A DNA stretch of 64,000 nucleotides. It comes from Styela clava. Lineage: Eukaryota. Under the pieces are notes generated by a model that saw only the letters and a list, made by a program, of their open reading frames with translations, ran no database searches and was not told the origin of the DNA. A program made the translations under genes and the position numbers. The stretch spans positions 16,926,001-16,990,000 of the forward strand of contig NC_135263.1 in NCBI RefSeq assembly GCF_964204865.1. The letters are read 5' to 3'. Below are positions 12,875 through 24,960 of this stretch, in pieces (within the stretch, counting starts at the first letter, position 1; each line of letters starts with the position of its first letter).

Positions 12875-15362
12875 ATGGTTGCCCCGAAACATTCTGAAAA
12901 TGGCAGTGGTGTCGCCGAATACGAAATATATTTAACGCAAACAAAACCACAAAAAAAGAATACAAGCTATAATTCTACTATTTCATCAGTATCTTTATAT
13001 TTGTTTGCCTTCATGATGGGATTTGGCATCATGGCGTTGTACACTCAGTTCGTGATTAAAACTCAGGTTAATATGCTATTCTTGGTTAATGTTTATGCTA
13101 AACTTGATTATGTTCTAGTGATATACTCATGTATTAAGTTATATTTTTTCTACCCAGGTAACAGTTCTAGTGAGAGCGATTGAAAAAGAGAAAGAGAATT
13201 TGGATCAAATGCAAGTTCAAGATGTCGAAGAGGTAGATAATACTGATAAATTTAGTTTGAAATTCATTTTAAATGTTCCAAACACTAAAATGTGACTAAA
13301 AATAGAGTAACTGCCTATTTACATATATACTTTTCTAACAATTAGTTTTTCACTGCAGAATATGAAACAAAATAGTGATATACTAAGAAGAGCAAAAAGG
13401 GAATGGACAAGTAAGAAAATCAATTTTTAAAACATTGGAATTAAATTTTTCGTCGAATTGTAGATTATTTGAAAGTTACTTTCACATTTTAGGTCAGTGG
13501 GATTATCCTGCAGCACATCTCATTGGGCACGCGGGGCCGAACGACCGAACTTACGGAAATCAGATACCGCAATACGGTAAGCTATCTACAAAATTCGTCT
13601 TGATTTACTGTGACTTTTAATGCCATTAGATACTTTCATTTCGATTTATTTTATTTTTGTGGTTACTTCATGCATCATTAGGATTTTCAATTTTTCAGCT
13701 TTGTGGGATTGAACCGATCCATTTAATATATGGTATTGGTGATTACCCAAAAACACAATAAACATATACAGGCGAGAACAGATAGTTAGTGGATAACAAT
13801 GCGAATGTTTATGTATTGGATGCAGTTAAACAAACACAGCATACGTACATTCTAACTACATGCAACGTAATCCTTGTTTACCGAAAAGAGCTAAAATGCT
13901 GAGAATATGAATAATTGTTCGTATAAACTAAATTATTTTAAACCTAGTGGCCGAAATGCTTTTTAAGATATAACAACCTCTCTTTGTCCGGAAATGCCCT
14001 CTCTCTCTGTTTTTCCTTTGTCATTTATTATTCCACAAGATCTGAAATCACAAAGCCCGCTCATCGTAAATAAGTTGGGCATACATTGTCGAATCCGATG
14101 ATATGCCTTATTTTGAAATATTAAACCACAAAATCGTCAACTAACTAAATATAGTTTTACGATTGTTTTGTGAGCGTTTTCAACCCAAAACCCATTTCCA
14201 AGTCATGTTGGAAATGTTTTTCAATTTGTGGATAAGGAAACATATTCAATGCTTTCAAATATTTTAGGTAACTTTTTTCGTTGGACTTTGGGACAAAATT
14301 CCTTCTCTCTTATGGAATTGGATGAGTCTGAAACTGGAACCTTGATTGTGGTCAACACAAGAGGATACTACATGGTGTATTCACAGGTTGCATGGAATTT
14401 TTATGGATGTTCATCAGGTTTAGACTCGGAATCTTTGGATTCTCGGCAATAACTACTTGGTTTCATCAAATGACTCATCTGTATTGTGGAAGAATTCCAT
14501 AATCCTATTTTAACGCAGTTACTTATATATTCAGTTATATTAAATGTTACATTCATTGTTGTAAACAGGTCACCTATTCTGGACACGGATTGTTTAAAAT
14601 TGGCCATGAAACCGTCAAAATAGCAGCTGGAAATGGAGACGAATCCGTACTTATGAAATCTCTGAATACACAGCAATTGTACGTAATTAAATTAAGGCTT
14701 TCGTGTGCAATATGTCAATATTTGCGAGTTTTTGGAATGTGATAGTATATGAGTAGTCACTACTGGAGTTTGACATACGGAAATTTCATTGTAGAAAACA
14801 AAACAATTGATTCTCTTAAAGTGAGCTCGTTTTTATTCGATTCTCCGAGACTTGAGATAACCACTAATTTCACGGCCTACTGAGTATGGGATAATCATAT
14901 GTCCTGTTCGGCAGATAGTTTACAAAAACTTTAACCACACCTTCGTGGGTATGGTGATGGCTATCGTGGGTAGCCTACCTCTGGATTTGTTGAACTAAAG
15001 CTAAACTAACGCGCCAATGTATAAAAGACTACTAAGCATATGAATATGCATGAAAATATCATCGATAAAATTTTCGAAAATTTCATTTTTGTGAGGTACA
15101 CTCTGTAAGTTTTTTGTCCAGAAGATTTGATAGGTTTTTATAATCTGTCTCAATGTATGCATTTAACTTCACACACAGATCAACAGCAAAAAGTGGAATA
15201 CCAACTCTTTCAAGATCCTACGATTCGAATTACCATGCTGGAGTATTCTATTTGCATCCAGGTGACAAAGTCGGAGTGAAACCGTGGAATTATGGCCGAA
15301 ATCACACATACGCGTCTCAAGGAGTAGGATTATACTTCGGCATGGCATTTCTTCACCATTAA
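12875..15362 (+). CDS. TNF superfamily ligand, type II membrane protein (exons 12875-13066, 13158-13232, 13359-13410, 13493-13576, 14268-14386, 14569-14678, 15179-15362)
   Basis: N-terminal TM SVSLYLFAFMMGFGIMALY and stalk with furin site RRAKR. THD motifs: PAAHLIG, FRW, GTLIVVNTRGYYMVYSQVTY, SNYHAGVFYLHPGDKVGV, YFGMAFL*. Introns are GT-AG and in phase. Confidence 0.9.
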
Positions 15363-16255
15363 TGTGTAATTTGAAAGTGAAGAAATAACATGTGTGGATA
15401 AATTGTCGGAACTAGAACAGACTAGAATGTAAAAATAAAGCACGATTCTGCTTCCCATAAATCTTGCTACTTCGAACAAATTGGATGAACATCATACAAT
15501 CCCGACTTCAAATCCCGAGTTCAGTTTGAAGGAATTGACTCCGATTGAAACTCCACGTGCTGAGAATAACCAAACGTTCAAAACAAAAACTGGCGCATGC
15601 AGACTTTAGTTTACCGTTGAGAATTCTTTGTCTACAGCAACTCCAGGGATTCAAAATTAACTTATGATTTGATTTCCGACTCCGGGGAGTTCGAAAATAC
15701 GACTCCTGCTCAGACTCTAATATTGATACAACAAACCAAACTGCAAATCCAGACGCCGACGCTGCAGTCCTGTAAATGTGTCAGGCCCAACGTCCGGTGC
15801 CATATTTCCTCATGTAGCCTACTTGTTAAACTCTTGTCTCGTTTGAGGTGGCTTTGACTTTGTTACCTACCTAGGGTTACCTTTCTGTTGGTTGGCACTT
15901 TACATTTTCTTTGTCTATAATACTAATCACACTTACGTTATTTGTAATAAATTATGTACAAATACCATTTAGTGTTTGAATCTCGGGGGCTTTGCTACTG
16001 ATTGTGCATCCCGAATTTACATTTGAACTGCTCTAAAACTTAATATTTTGATCTAACAATTGTGAGGTGGGTAAAAAAATAATCAGTCGAAAAGTTTTCT
16101 CTTTATACAAGTTTGCTCAGAGCAAGATATTAAACTCCAAACTGAAGAGGAAAGAGTAATGGTAGAATAGTTACACGCACCACTGTCGCGCTAAAAGACG
16201 TATAAGTTTATCCTTCTAACATATATCAGTATATAACGTTTGGATCAAGACTGGA

Positions 16256-16356
16256 AACAATTGAGGTAAACCAATTTCAGGATTCTCAAAGTCCACTAGA
16301 CTGTCCAACTAACAATTGAGGTAAACCAATTTTAGGATTCTCAAAGTCCACTAGAC
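16256..16356. repeat. Two-copy tandem duplication, ~55-bp period
   Basis: AACAATTGAGGTAAACCAATTT(C/T)AGGATTCTCAAAGTCCACTAGAC occurs twice. Confidence 0.85.
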
Positions 16357-17282
16357 ATAATGTGATAGGCCCAACGGAGCCCTCATTACAGACTTTGCTA
16401 AAGGATCTTACTCACAACACAGAATTGACTCAATCACGGAGATCCAGGACAATTTGTATTTGTTTTGTTACCAGAGTCAACGAATGGGTAAATCCACCAT
16501 GGGATGATATTGATAACATGCATCATATATATAGTTTTTCTGTGAGAAGCCCTAGTGATTCGAGATGTTCTTCAATATTTGTGTTAAGCGATATTTACCG
16601 AGATAGTAATGTACAAAACAAAAACAGTGACGAGAATAGAAATTGTTAGCCATGGCTTATCGTAAATAAATGACGACAAGTAGGCTAGCTCCAATTCTTG
16701 AAATGTTCCGGATGTGCAGTGAAATGGGGATTATTTAATTAGTCGTAAAAGACAAGATGGGGGGTTAAGGGTAAGCGAAATCATCAGGATTAGTTAAGAA
16801 TTAGATTGAGATTATTAGGATAGGACTTCGGAAAGAAGACAATCATTAGACGTGATGATAAAATAAGGATAAATAAGGTTGCGGTTGAATTGAATCATTG
16901 CCTACTAGGTATGTGTCTGTTGGTCTTGTCTGTTTGGTGCGATGCCTCAGAATGCTAACAATTTTTAAACAAAGTCTATAAAAATATTCGAAGCAAGTAA
17001 GTTTAGTTCAGATGAATAATTAAGGAATATTTAGTAATAACGTAGGTAAAAACGACGTAAATACATTCACTATTTGCGACCAACATAGGTTTTCATGCTA
17101 AATCACAACCGACGATTGAAAAATCACAAGAGTGAATTTTTTTTTATTTTGCAAAATTTAAAGCACGCCTATTTTAGAAACTGTCTTCTCCATCGCAATT
17201 GTGACCTTGCACACTTTCACAACTGACTCTAATTTCTTCTTTTTGACACAAATAGTATGTTTTCAATAATTTGGTTGTCATT

Positions 17283-20133
17283 CTAGGCAACTTCTTGCCA
17301 AGGAATGTGATATATTTCACCAGATTCATCCATGCTTTGACATTCTGGAAATCGATATGGGACTTCTTCCGAACATGGACGAACACTCAAAAACAGTTTG
17401 TTAATATTTTTGGCCATATCGATATTATCACCAGCAAAGAACTTTGATCCTGGCATAGGCGAACGGTTCGAACAAACGTCGAGTAATGCTGTCAGCAGAC
17501 TTACAAAAGCCTGAAGAATATAATTAAGTAAATTAAAAACGATAAAACCTGAAGAAAGCTTAATTTATCACCCAATTAAAACAGACCACGGATTCCTCAG
17601 GGTCATGGAGAAGACCAATACTGTTGTTTTTGGAAAACAATATACCACAAACAAAAACTATGTTGAGATCGTGTCGTACATTTTTGCAATCATCATTTAC
17701 ATCTTCGTTATCTGAATGAAAATAAAAGCAAAAAAATACTGTGAGAATTGTTTGGAGATAAAGGAAACGAAAGGTTTGAAAAAATGAATTGCGCAAAAAA
17801 CAATCTAACTTTCTTACTCGGTTTACTTTCAGCAATATCAATCACAGTGACATCATCGGAATTTACTATTTTAAGTTTTCCTTCTCTTGAAATAACAAAA
17901 TCGTTGAGTGAGAGTTTATCAATTAAAAACAAATATTTATCATCACTATGTAAAAGTTGTAACGCCATTTCCATCAGCTGAAAAAAAATGAAAATGGAAC
18001 TTATTTATGATCATAATTCTTTTCTGATGAAACTTTATATGTTCTTCTACTTTCACTTTACTTCCATGCTGTTTTAGTACCATAGATATAACAGCTTGAT
18101 ATGTCGGACGCTATATTTATCTTGTTTCACGGCATAGTTTTCCATTTTTTCCTCCAGTAGTCATACATCATTGTATATTGTACACTTCGTAAAAGTTAGT
18201 AAATCTTGACATATAAATTAATAGTACCTGAGCCGCCAAATCTAACCGTAGTTTCCAAGGTAGATTGTGTGCCTCCGCCAGTGTCATAGTACCCATTTCA
18301 GCATGAATTGCAATTCTTCCACACGTTCCGTATGTTAATCCAAATGGCCAACCTTCGTTTGATGGGAATGCATCCTTCCAAGAAAACATTAGGGCCTTTT
18401 AGTGAAACATATTTCACTGTATTCTTTTTAAATTGATATCACAAACTAGGCCAGATTAAATTTCTTACTGCTTAGATGCTACACCATCGTTAAATGTTGT
18501 GTTCGTCAAATAATAACACAAGCTGGATAATGCTAATATAGCTATTAAATATCCAGCCAAAACCTATATTTTAGATTTTACCAAATACCAGCTTTTCAAT
18601 TGAAAAATACACAAATTAGTATAATTTTCCAATCAATCAGAAGCTCGTCAAATATACTGTAATTTTGCATTACTTGACGGACAGAAAAGTTTGAACCTGG
18701 TTTACCTGCATCCAAGAACCCGTGGCAAATCTCAATTTAAAAAGTAGCGAAGCTTTATCAGCGTAAGTTAAGTCCTGTAGCGTCATTCGTCCATTTCTTT
18801 TGGATGAAGTTCTACGAACGATGCGGTTTACCAGTCTCTGTGTTGCACATTTTAATGGAGGGGAAAAATCTCGTATTAATTCTGCCTTCAAGATACCTTA
18901 GAAATATTAAAATAATTTAACTATTGGTATATAATTGGTACAAAAGGTATTTATCACAACTCAACACAATTTTTTTTTTAAATGTTCGTAACATTCGGAG
19001 GTTCGGTAATATTTTAATTACTCAACAGATATATACTTTAATATAGTGTCTGTAACACTATCTTTCTGTAATTTAATGATTCTTCCGCTTTTCTACAGTA
19101 TCAACAAGATGGCGCACTTTGTTGTTCTCTGAGAGATATATCTCACAATCGCTTTATCGTTTGAAAGTCTAATCTTTGTCTAATCAAAAAGTAAAATTGC
19201 AAAAAATACTGCTTTTAATTATTTCTTATCGAAAATAAATAAGTACGAAAACTAACCTTTTGAACGGAGTATCCTTTTAAGTATTGGCCAATCATGAATT
19301 GTATCATTAATTCTACACTTGTTTTCTCCCAATAAATTTTGACAAACTGTTGTTCGAAATGCACCTAAGCTTCCTCCTATGTCCATATTATTGGTGTCGT
19401 ATTTTACTGATTCAGACTCGAGCAAACGTATCGTACAATTCTTTCGTCTAAATTCAAGGTGCCTATTGACAAGAACTCCGCGAAATATTGTCCATGATTT
19501 ATCTAAAATTAGTTGAGTAATTAGTTACGTAGTTTATAAAAATATTTGCTGAGGCTGTTAATATACAACTCTTACATTTCCATGGCGGTGTTGTCTTGTC
19601 AATTTTAAGAAATCCATCATAAATATCATCACACATTGTCTTCCCCATGCAAGGAAATTGTCCACATTCACCAGTACCTTATTAATTGAATTAGAAAATT
19701 ATTGCGAAGAACAAATAGGATATACACCGAGCTGGGTACATGTAAAAGTGAAGAATGATATATTTAAATGATAGCGAGATTCGGAATAAGATTGAATGTT
19801 GTTCCCAAATTTTGCCCACTGCAAGTATATATATGTCATCATGCTGCCGCACAGCAACGTTCTGTAAGTTAATAATAAAAAATCGGAAGAATACAAATAA
19901 TGATGTCACTCACTGGTAAACTGTGAATCAGAAGGAAACGTTGTTGTATCTTTGCTGGCGACATGAATCCGGGAGACAAATATGATAAATAGAATGCTTA
20001 AAAATAATGACAAGCTCATGTATGCTGTGCACTTTTCACGGTTGACCATTTTTTCGATTTTATAAAATGCATCTCGCGTTTGAAGTATCATAAAACGCCT
20101 GGCATGAACAAAATGCATTTTCTGTTTTATCAT
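17283..20133 (-). CDS. DIPK2B: Divergent protein kinase domain 2 (DIA1/DIPK2 family), DIPK2B-like; about 8 exons; start Met uncertain
   Basis: Spliced minus-strand translation gives signal anchor SLSLFLSILFIIFVS, then CGQFPCMGKTMC, FSPPLKCATQRLVNRIVRR, AFPSNEGWPFGLTYGTCGR, PWKLRLDLAAQLMEMA, NIVFVCGILFS..GLLHDP and C-terminal RPCSEEVPYRFPEC. These match remembered DIPK2A/B motifs (CPSQRLLDR, FPxxEGWP, CGR, GLLHDP, YRYPDC). Family call is firm; the paralog call is less so. Confidence 0.8.
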
Positions 20134-21095
20134 TGAGTCCAGACAAAAGGTTGTCCAACTTCTTTCTCAAAATGTCGAAAATTTCTGTCACCCAATTCCA
20201 TACAATTGACAATTGAAAACTGTTAAAAAATGCAGAAGCAATACCAAAATATGATTATCTACGATACTGAAGCTTTTCAATATCTATTCAGTCAAACTTG
20301 TCATATCCTGAGCGCGTGGAAATGATGCGTTTCACAAGTTCTAAAACGTAACTGTCTGCATTTTCCGCACAAAAAAAAACATTGAACACCGTATATACGC
20401 TGATTTTAAACTAACGAAAAATTAACTGTTTTTACAGTAGCGTAATGAATACGGCCTATATTGGTAAAGTAATAGGAAATCAATTCGGCTGATGAATTTC
20501 CGTGACGGTGTCCACCATGAGCAGTTATTGACGCTGTTATGTTAACAAACTGCAAAAATTGTTCGATGTAACAACACAGAGAAATTGAAATGCTGGTGTA
20601 ATCTGTCAAAATGGATTTTGAATTGTATAGAATGTTTATCAACAAGCGCGGTCTCGCGCAAGCCAATGCATTTAGTATAGGAATCAGGCATCATATTGGA
20701 CATTGGATTCATATTTATTTCGTATTTTTCAATATTTTTAGGTTTACCTGAGATGATACTAAATCTGTCGGCTAGATCCATAAATAAGCCAAATTGGGAA
20801 AATTCCTCTAAGATCGCGGCACTTCGCACTCTCGAAAACGAGAGTTGGGTGGTGTAAGATTATAAGCACCAATACACAATATTCACCATATTGACAGTAA
20901 GGACGTTCCATGACATTGTGTTCGTTTGAATATATAGCAAAATTATTAGTTCTAATATGTATTAAATCCGATAAAACACTTCGTGAGTTCAAAAATAAGT
21001 TTGATCGAAGATGTAATGTTGTCACAAGGCCGATAAATTAACAATAGTTGAAGACACCTAAATTAACATTCTGTACGATGGCTGACTGTGCAGTA

Positions 21096-21412
21096 TAGTG
21101 ATTTTCAACCAGTGTTCCGCCAGAATAGTCCAGAGGTTCCGCCAGATTTTACTAAAATTCGAAAGTCTATATTATTATATGTTTATTGTTTAATTAAGAA
21201 TAATCAGATACATCAGGTTTGTCACTATTCTAGACATGCCACACTCTGAAAATAATTTTGCATTGCAATCATCAGGTTTGATTATATACATATATATATA
21301 TATATAGTTTGTACAGATCAGACAATAATAAAAATCATCCAAACAGGTGTTCCTCGGGGCATTAGAATGTTTCATTGGCATTCTGCCACATTTAAAAGGT
21401 TGACAACAACTG
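21096..21412. mobile_element. Degenerate short hAT MITE related to 10031-11541
   Basis: TAGTGATTTTCAACC...GGTTGACAACAACTG. Flanks GTGCAGTA / GTGTAGTC (6/8). Confidence 0.6.
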
Positions 21413-21762
21413 GTGTAGTCGGACCCCGGAGTTGCGGTTTACCGTTTTCTGCTGGGATCCGCCAAATTTTCATTTTTCCTCGAGTAGAGTAATACTCTAG
21501 TCAAGTGTCACCCGTCATTAAGAAGTTTAAGAGTCTAGTTCTATTAAATTAAGTTTCGGTCGAATGTTTCAAATGAAAAGAAACAGATTAAGAGTGGGGC
21601 CCTCTACATTGTATAAGTGAGATATATTAGCCAAACATAGTGTACCGTCAATAAGGGCAGAAAGTTTGAAATGGCGTCACGTCACTTGAAGGCTAAAACC
21701 TCCCACAACCGGACAACAGTCAAAACCAATAGTGTCTAGTCTCTAGTGCCTAAACCGTGCTT

Positions 21763-21989
21763 CCGTAGTATGTGAACCAAGATGGCGGACACCGGAACGT
21801 AGTAGCCTATGCGTACCAGGCTAGAGTTAGTCCAAAATTTTATTCCAATTTTCCTTATTTTAGTTCCATTACGAGTTTGGGGACTAGCCGAGTGACTCCC
21901 GTAGTATTTGTACCTGAAATTATGGCCTAATCCTAACCTGGTACGCATACTACGTTCCGGTGTCCGCCATATTGGTTCACATACTACGG
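21763..21989. mobile_element. Foldback MITE
   Basis: CCGTAGTATGTGAACCAAGATGGCGGACACCGGAACGTAGTA...TACTACGTTCCGGTGTCCGCCATATTGGTTCACATACTACGG form long inverted arms. Confidence 0.85.
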
Positions 21990-22756
21990 GAGTACCCCTT
22001 AACCAGCGTCTCTTAAACTGTGTGCGAGAGATCTCAGGTGTGCCGCGGATTTTTTTCGAATTCTATAAAATAAGCTATTTGTATTACACATAGGCATGCG
22101 GGCAAGCGTTTGAGACTCGAGTGCGCACTATCATTAGATCAGCAATAACACGAAAAAATGGCGAATTTTTTTCCTAGGGATGTTTCCCCGATCATCGACT
22201 TCCTTGTTTATTTTGTAACATTGGCCAATCAGCAAGATGCAAAACGTGACGTAACAATGGACCTTTTCGCTCAGACACATTCGTCACTCGGACAGATTTT
22301 CAGCCGTGGTTTCAAACAATATCTCGTTTTCGCGATTTTACATTTTATTCGTTAGTTTTTGGTCGTGATTCCGAAATTCAAAAAATTACTCAAATAAGTC
22401 AATCATTATTTTGCTTTTTAGGAGTTTCAGTTTAATTGCAGTAATAAAAAATTGTCTAGACATAGTTGTGATAAAATAGGCTAAAATTCTCTACCGGTAC
22501 GCAGCGTCTTCTGTGAAGGATGCACACGTGGCGCGTGCTTTCGGCGAAACTGTTGCTGTGTACGTTTCTCGTACTAAAATGAACGTCTAACGTGCATTTT
22601 GCGCTAATAGTACAAGTGATATTTACTGCTTACATGTGGATATTTATGACAGCAATTGTTTTGCTAACAGCTAAACTCATGATAGTTGCCTAGAAATATT
22701 GTATAGCCTATTTGTTTTGCTATGATGTTCTTGCTCTATATTCTGCGATGGTGACC

Positions 22757-22944
22757 GTACATTTGAACCCATGTACATTTGAACCCATGCGTATATCCAC
22801 GGGTTCAATCTATATGCGGGTGCTAAAACCCATGGGTTAGGGTTAGTATGGGTTCAACTATCCGTGAAACAAAAAAAATTCCATAGGTGCAATAGCATAC
22901 AGGTGCAATTGTCATGGGTTCAAATGTACGCGGGTTCAAATGTA
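22757..22944. repeat. Inverted-repeat mini element with GGGTTAGGGTTAG core
   Basis: TACATTTGAACCCATG twice on the left and GGGTTCAAATGTA twice on the right. Confidence 0.7.
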
Positions 22945-23176
22945 ATGGAATCTTCTGCGATATATATAGAATTTAATATTCAAGACTTCAGAAATGTAGA
23001 ATCCATATTGTTGAATAAATTGAATGGATTTCCCAACTTTTGGAAATTTATTGTATTGCATTGACAAAAATATTTGTCCGGCCCGTTTCAACACCGTTTG
23101 AGTCATACCTGGCCCGCGGTCAAAAAAGTTTGGTGACCCCTGCATTAGGTAAACGATAATATGTAGTATGGGTGAT

Positions 23177-24520
23177 TGTCACGATATATTTCTATTGGAT
23201 TATGTTGTATTTGTAAACAAGACGTCCACTTTCCACCATGTTGACGTGCGCGCTCAGTTAGGCTAACAGGGAAACAAGTTTTGACTATCTGCCCACAAAT
23301 CCTATCCAATCACCGGTGCAAAAGCCATCAAAATAATCTTGCCATTTTCATCTTCATAGCTGTGTGAACACGGAATTTCTGCTTTGATTGGAATTAAATG
23401 CAATAATTAGAAGCAACTTCTTGGAATGAACGACGAAATGCGAGTGTGCTTGGCAATAACGGAACCATCTTATTTGTTCCTCAAAACACATCCATCGCAC
23501 CCACATTTGCAGAATAACTTTGTTTATTTGATTGTGCCGCAATTTTTTTTATTTGCTTACTGCGCCGCTGGCAAAAAAAATCATCTAGATTGAAAAACAA
23601 CAATATTCAAGTACTAATAGTTCATTATTGGACACGTTTAGTGGCCATAACGATCGTTTCAAAATTTTGTTGTTATTATTTTCTTTCGTCATTATCATTA
23701 AAAAATCGCTTTTCTCTTCGAATACTGGACCAATTGCTTTGAAATTTTCAGTGGTTAAAGATAAAATTTTTCTCCATAAGGCTATTACTTTTTTCCCGCT
23801 ATGACGTCATCAAAATTATTTCTCTTGGGTGGCGCTACGTGTCCATATATTTGAGCATAGCTCTCTTGTTACATATCACATCATATTAAATATCGAATAG
23901 GCTAACATCGTTTGCAGTTCATGTTGTTAATTAATTACGGATGATCCTAATAGTTTCGTTCGCACTAATCCTTTTTGAACAAACAATTTCAAAGCTTTTT
24001 TTTCCCGACGCCGAATGATTAAGAACGAACGGATGAAGGTTATCAGCGTGAGTATTGAGTACATGTAGTTTTTACAAAATTAATAAAATACAATTTTCTC
24101 AAAATTTCAATTATTTTCCAATGAAGACCTCGTAAGCCATATTGCACAGGACACCAATAAGTACGCATGTACGAAAATTGCTGGAGCAAACTACAGCCGA
24201 GATATATGTTCCAATCGGTCTGATTCTCAACATGGGAATCGTGGAGCTGTCAACTGTATCTGTAACGGAGCACTAAGCAGCCCTCTCAAACAACTCTCTT
24301 TAAATAAACCTGAGCCAAAATCGTTATCAGTTTCTCTACCAAGCAATGTTACACTGTTGTACAACTGACGAGCAAAACAGGATAAGAGGGGACAGAATAG
24401 ATGAAATGGTAAAAAAAATTATTGTCAACTGGCCAAAAGTATCTTTATTCATGCCGAAATCTTTTGGCCGACGAAACTGTGATTGAGTACAGTGGCAGAG
24501 TTTCAGTCAGATATGTGACA
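23177..24520 (+). mobile_element. Candidate 5' LTR of the downstream Gypsy element (interrupted by a HINE)
   Basis: Starts TGTCACGATAT and ends ATATGTGACA, with AATAAA at ~24303, just upstream of gag. The PBS is degenerate and no partner LTR was found. Confidence 0.35.
23625..23870 (+). mobile_element. Non-autonomous Helentron/Helitron2-type element (HINE), family A
   Basis: 5' TTATTGGACACG, asymmetric TIR partner CGTGTCCA near the 3' end, 3' hairpin GAGC-ATA-GCTC then TCTTGTT. Same ends as 37906-39131. Confidence 0.7.
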
Positions 24521-24960
24521 AATGAGTCAGTTAAATAGGAGTTCATCATCGATTAGACAATCGCGGTTTCAAAAACCGGTAATAATTTTAATGTCAAGAT
24601 AGACAATCCACCCCTGGAACAACTTCCCTGCAATAGCTATCGTTGGGTACGAGTGCGAGGGTCTTTTGTATTTCACACTGCGAGACGTAATGGACAATGA
24701 TGCATGGCAATGTCACACCTGCAACCAGGCAATATACGAGAGAGAAACACTTATCCAACGCGCGACAAATCATTCACAAACATTAACTGGTGTGCTGTCG
24801 CTTATCCTGAGAAAATCCAGCCCATTCACATGACCCAGATATTAGCCTGATTACTCCAACCAGAGCAACGATTGTTCCAAAAGCAGCGCCTGTTTTCAAT
24901 CATGATGAAATTTCTGATTTTGGATCAGTAGATGGACAGCCATAAGGAAAGCGGTTAGAA

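Noticed and set aside
15480-15775. GACTCC-rich stretch as a distinct element
   Set aside because: Probably a decayed MITE, but only one plausible terminus is visible.
22830-22850. GGGTTAGGGTTAG as an interstitial telomere
   Set aside because: Only two units, embedded in an inverted-repeat element.
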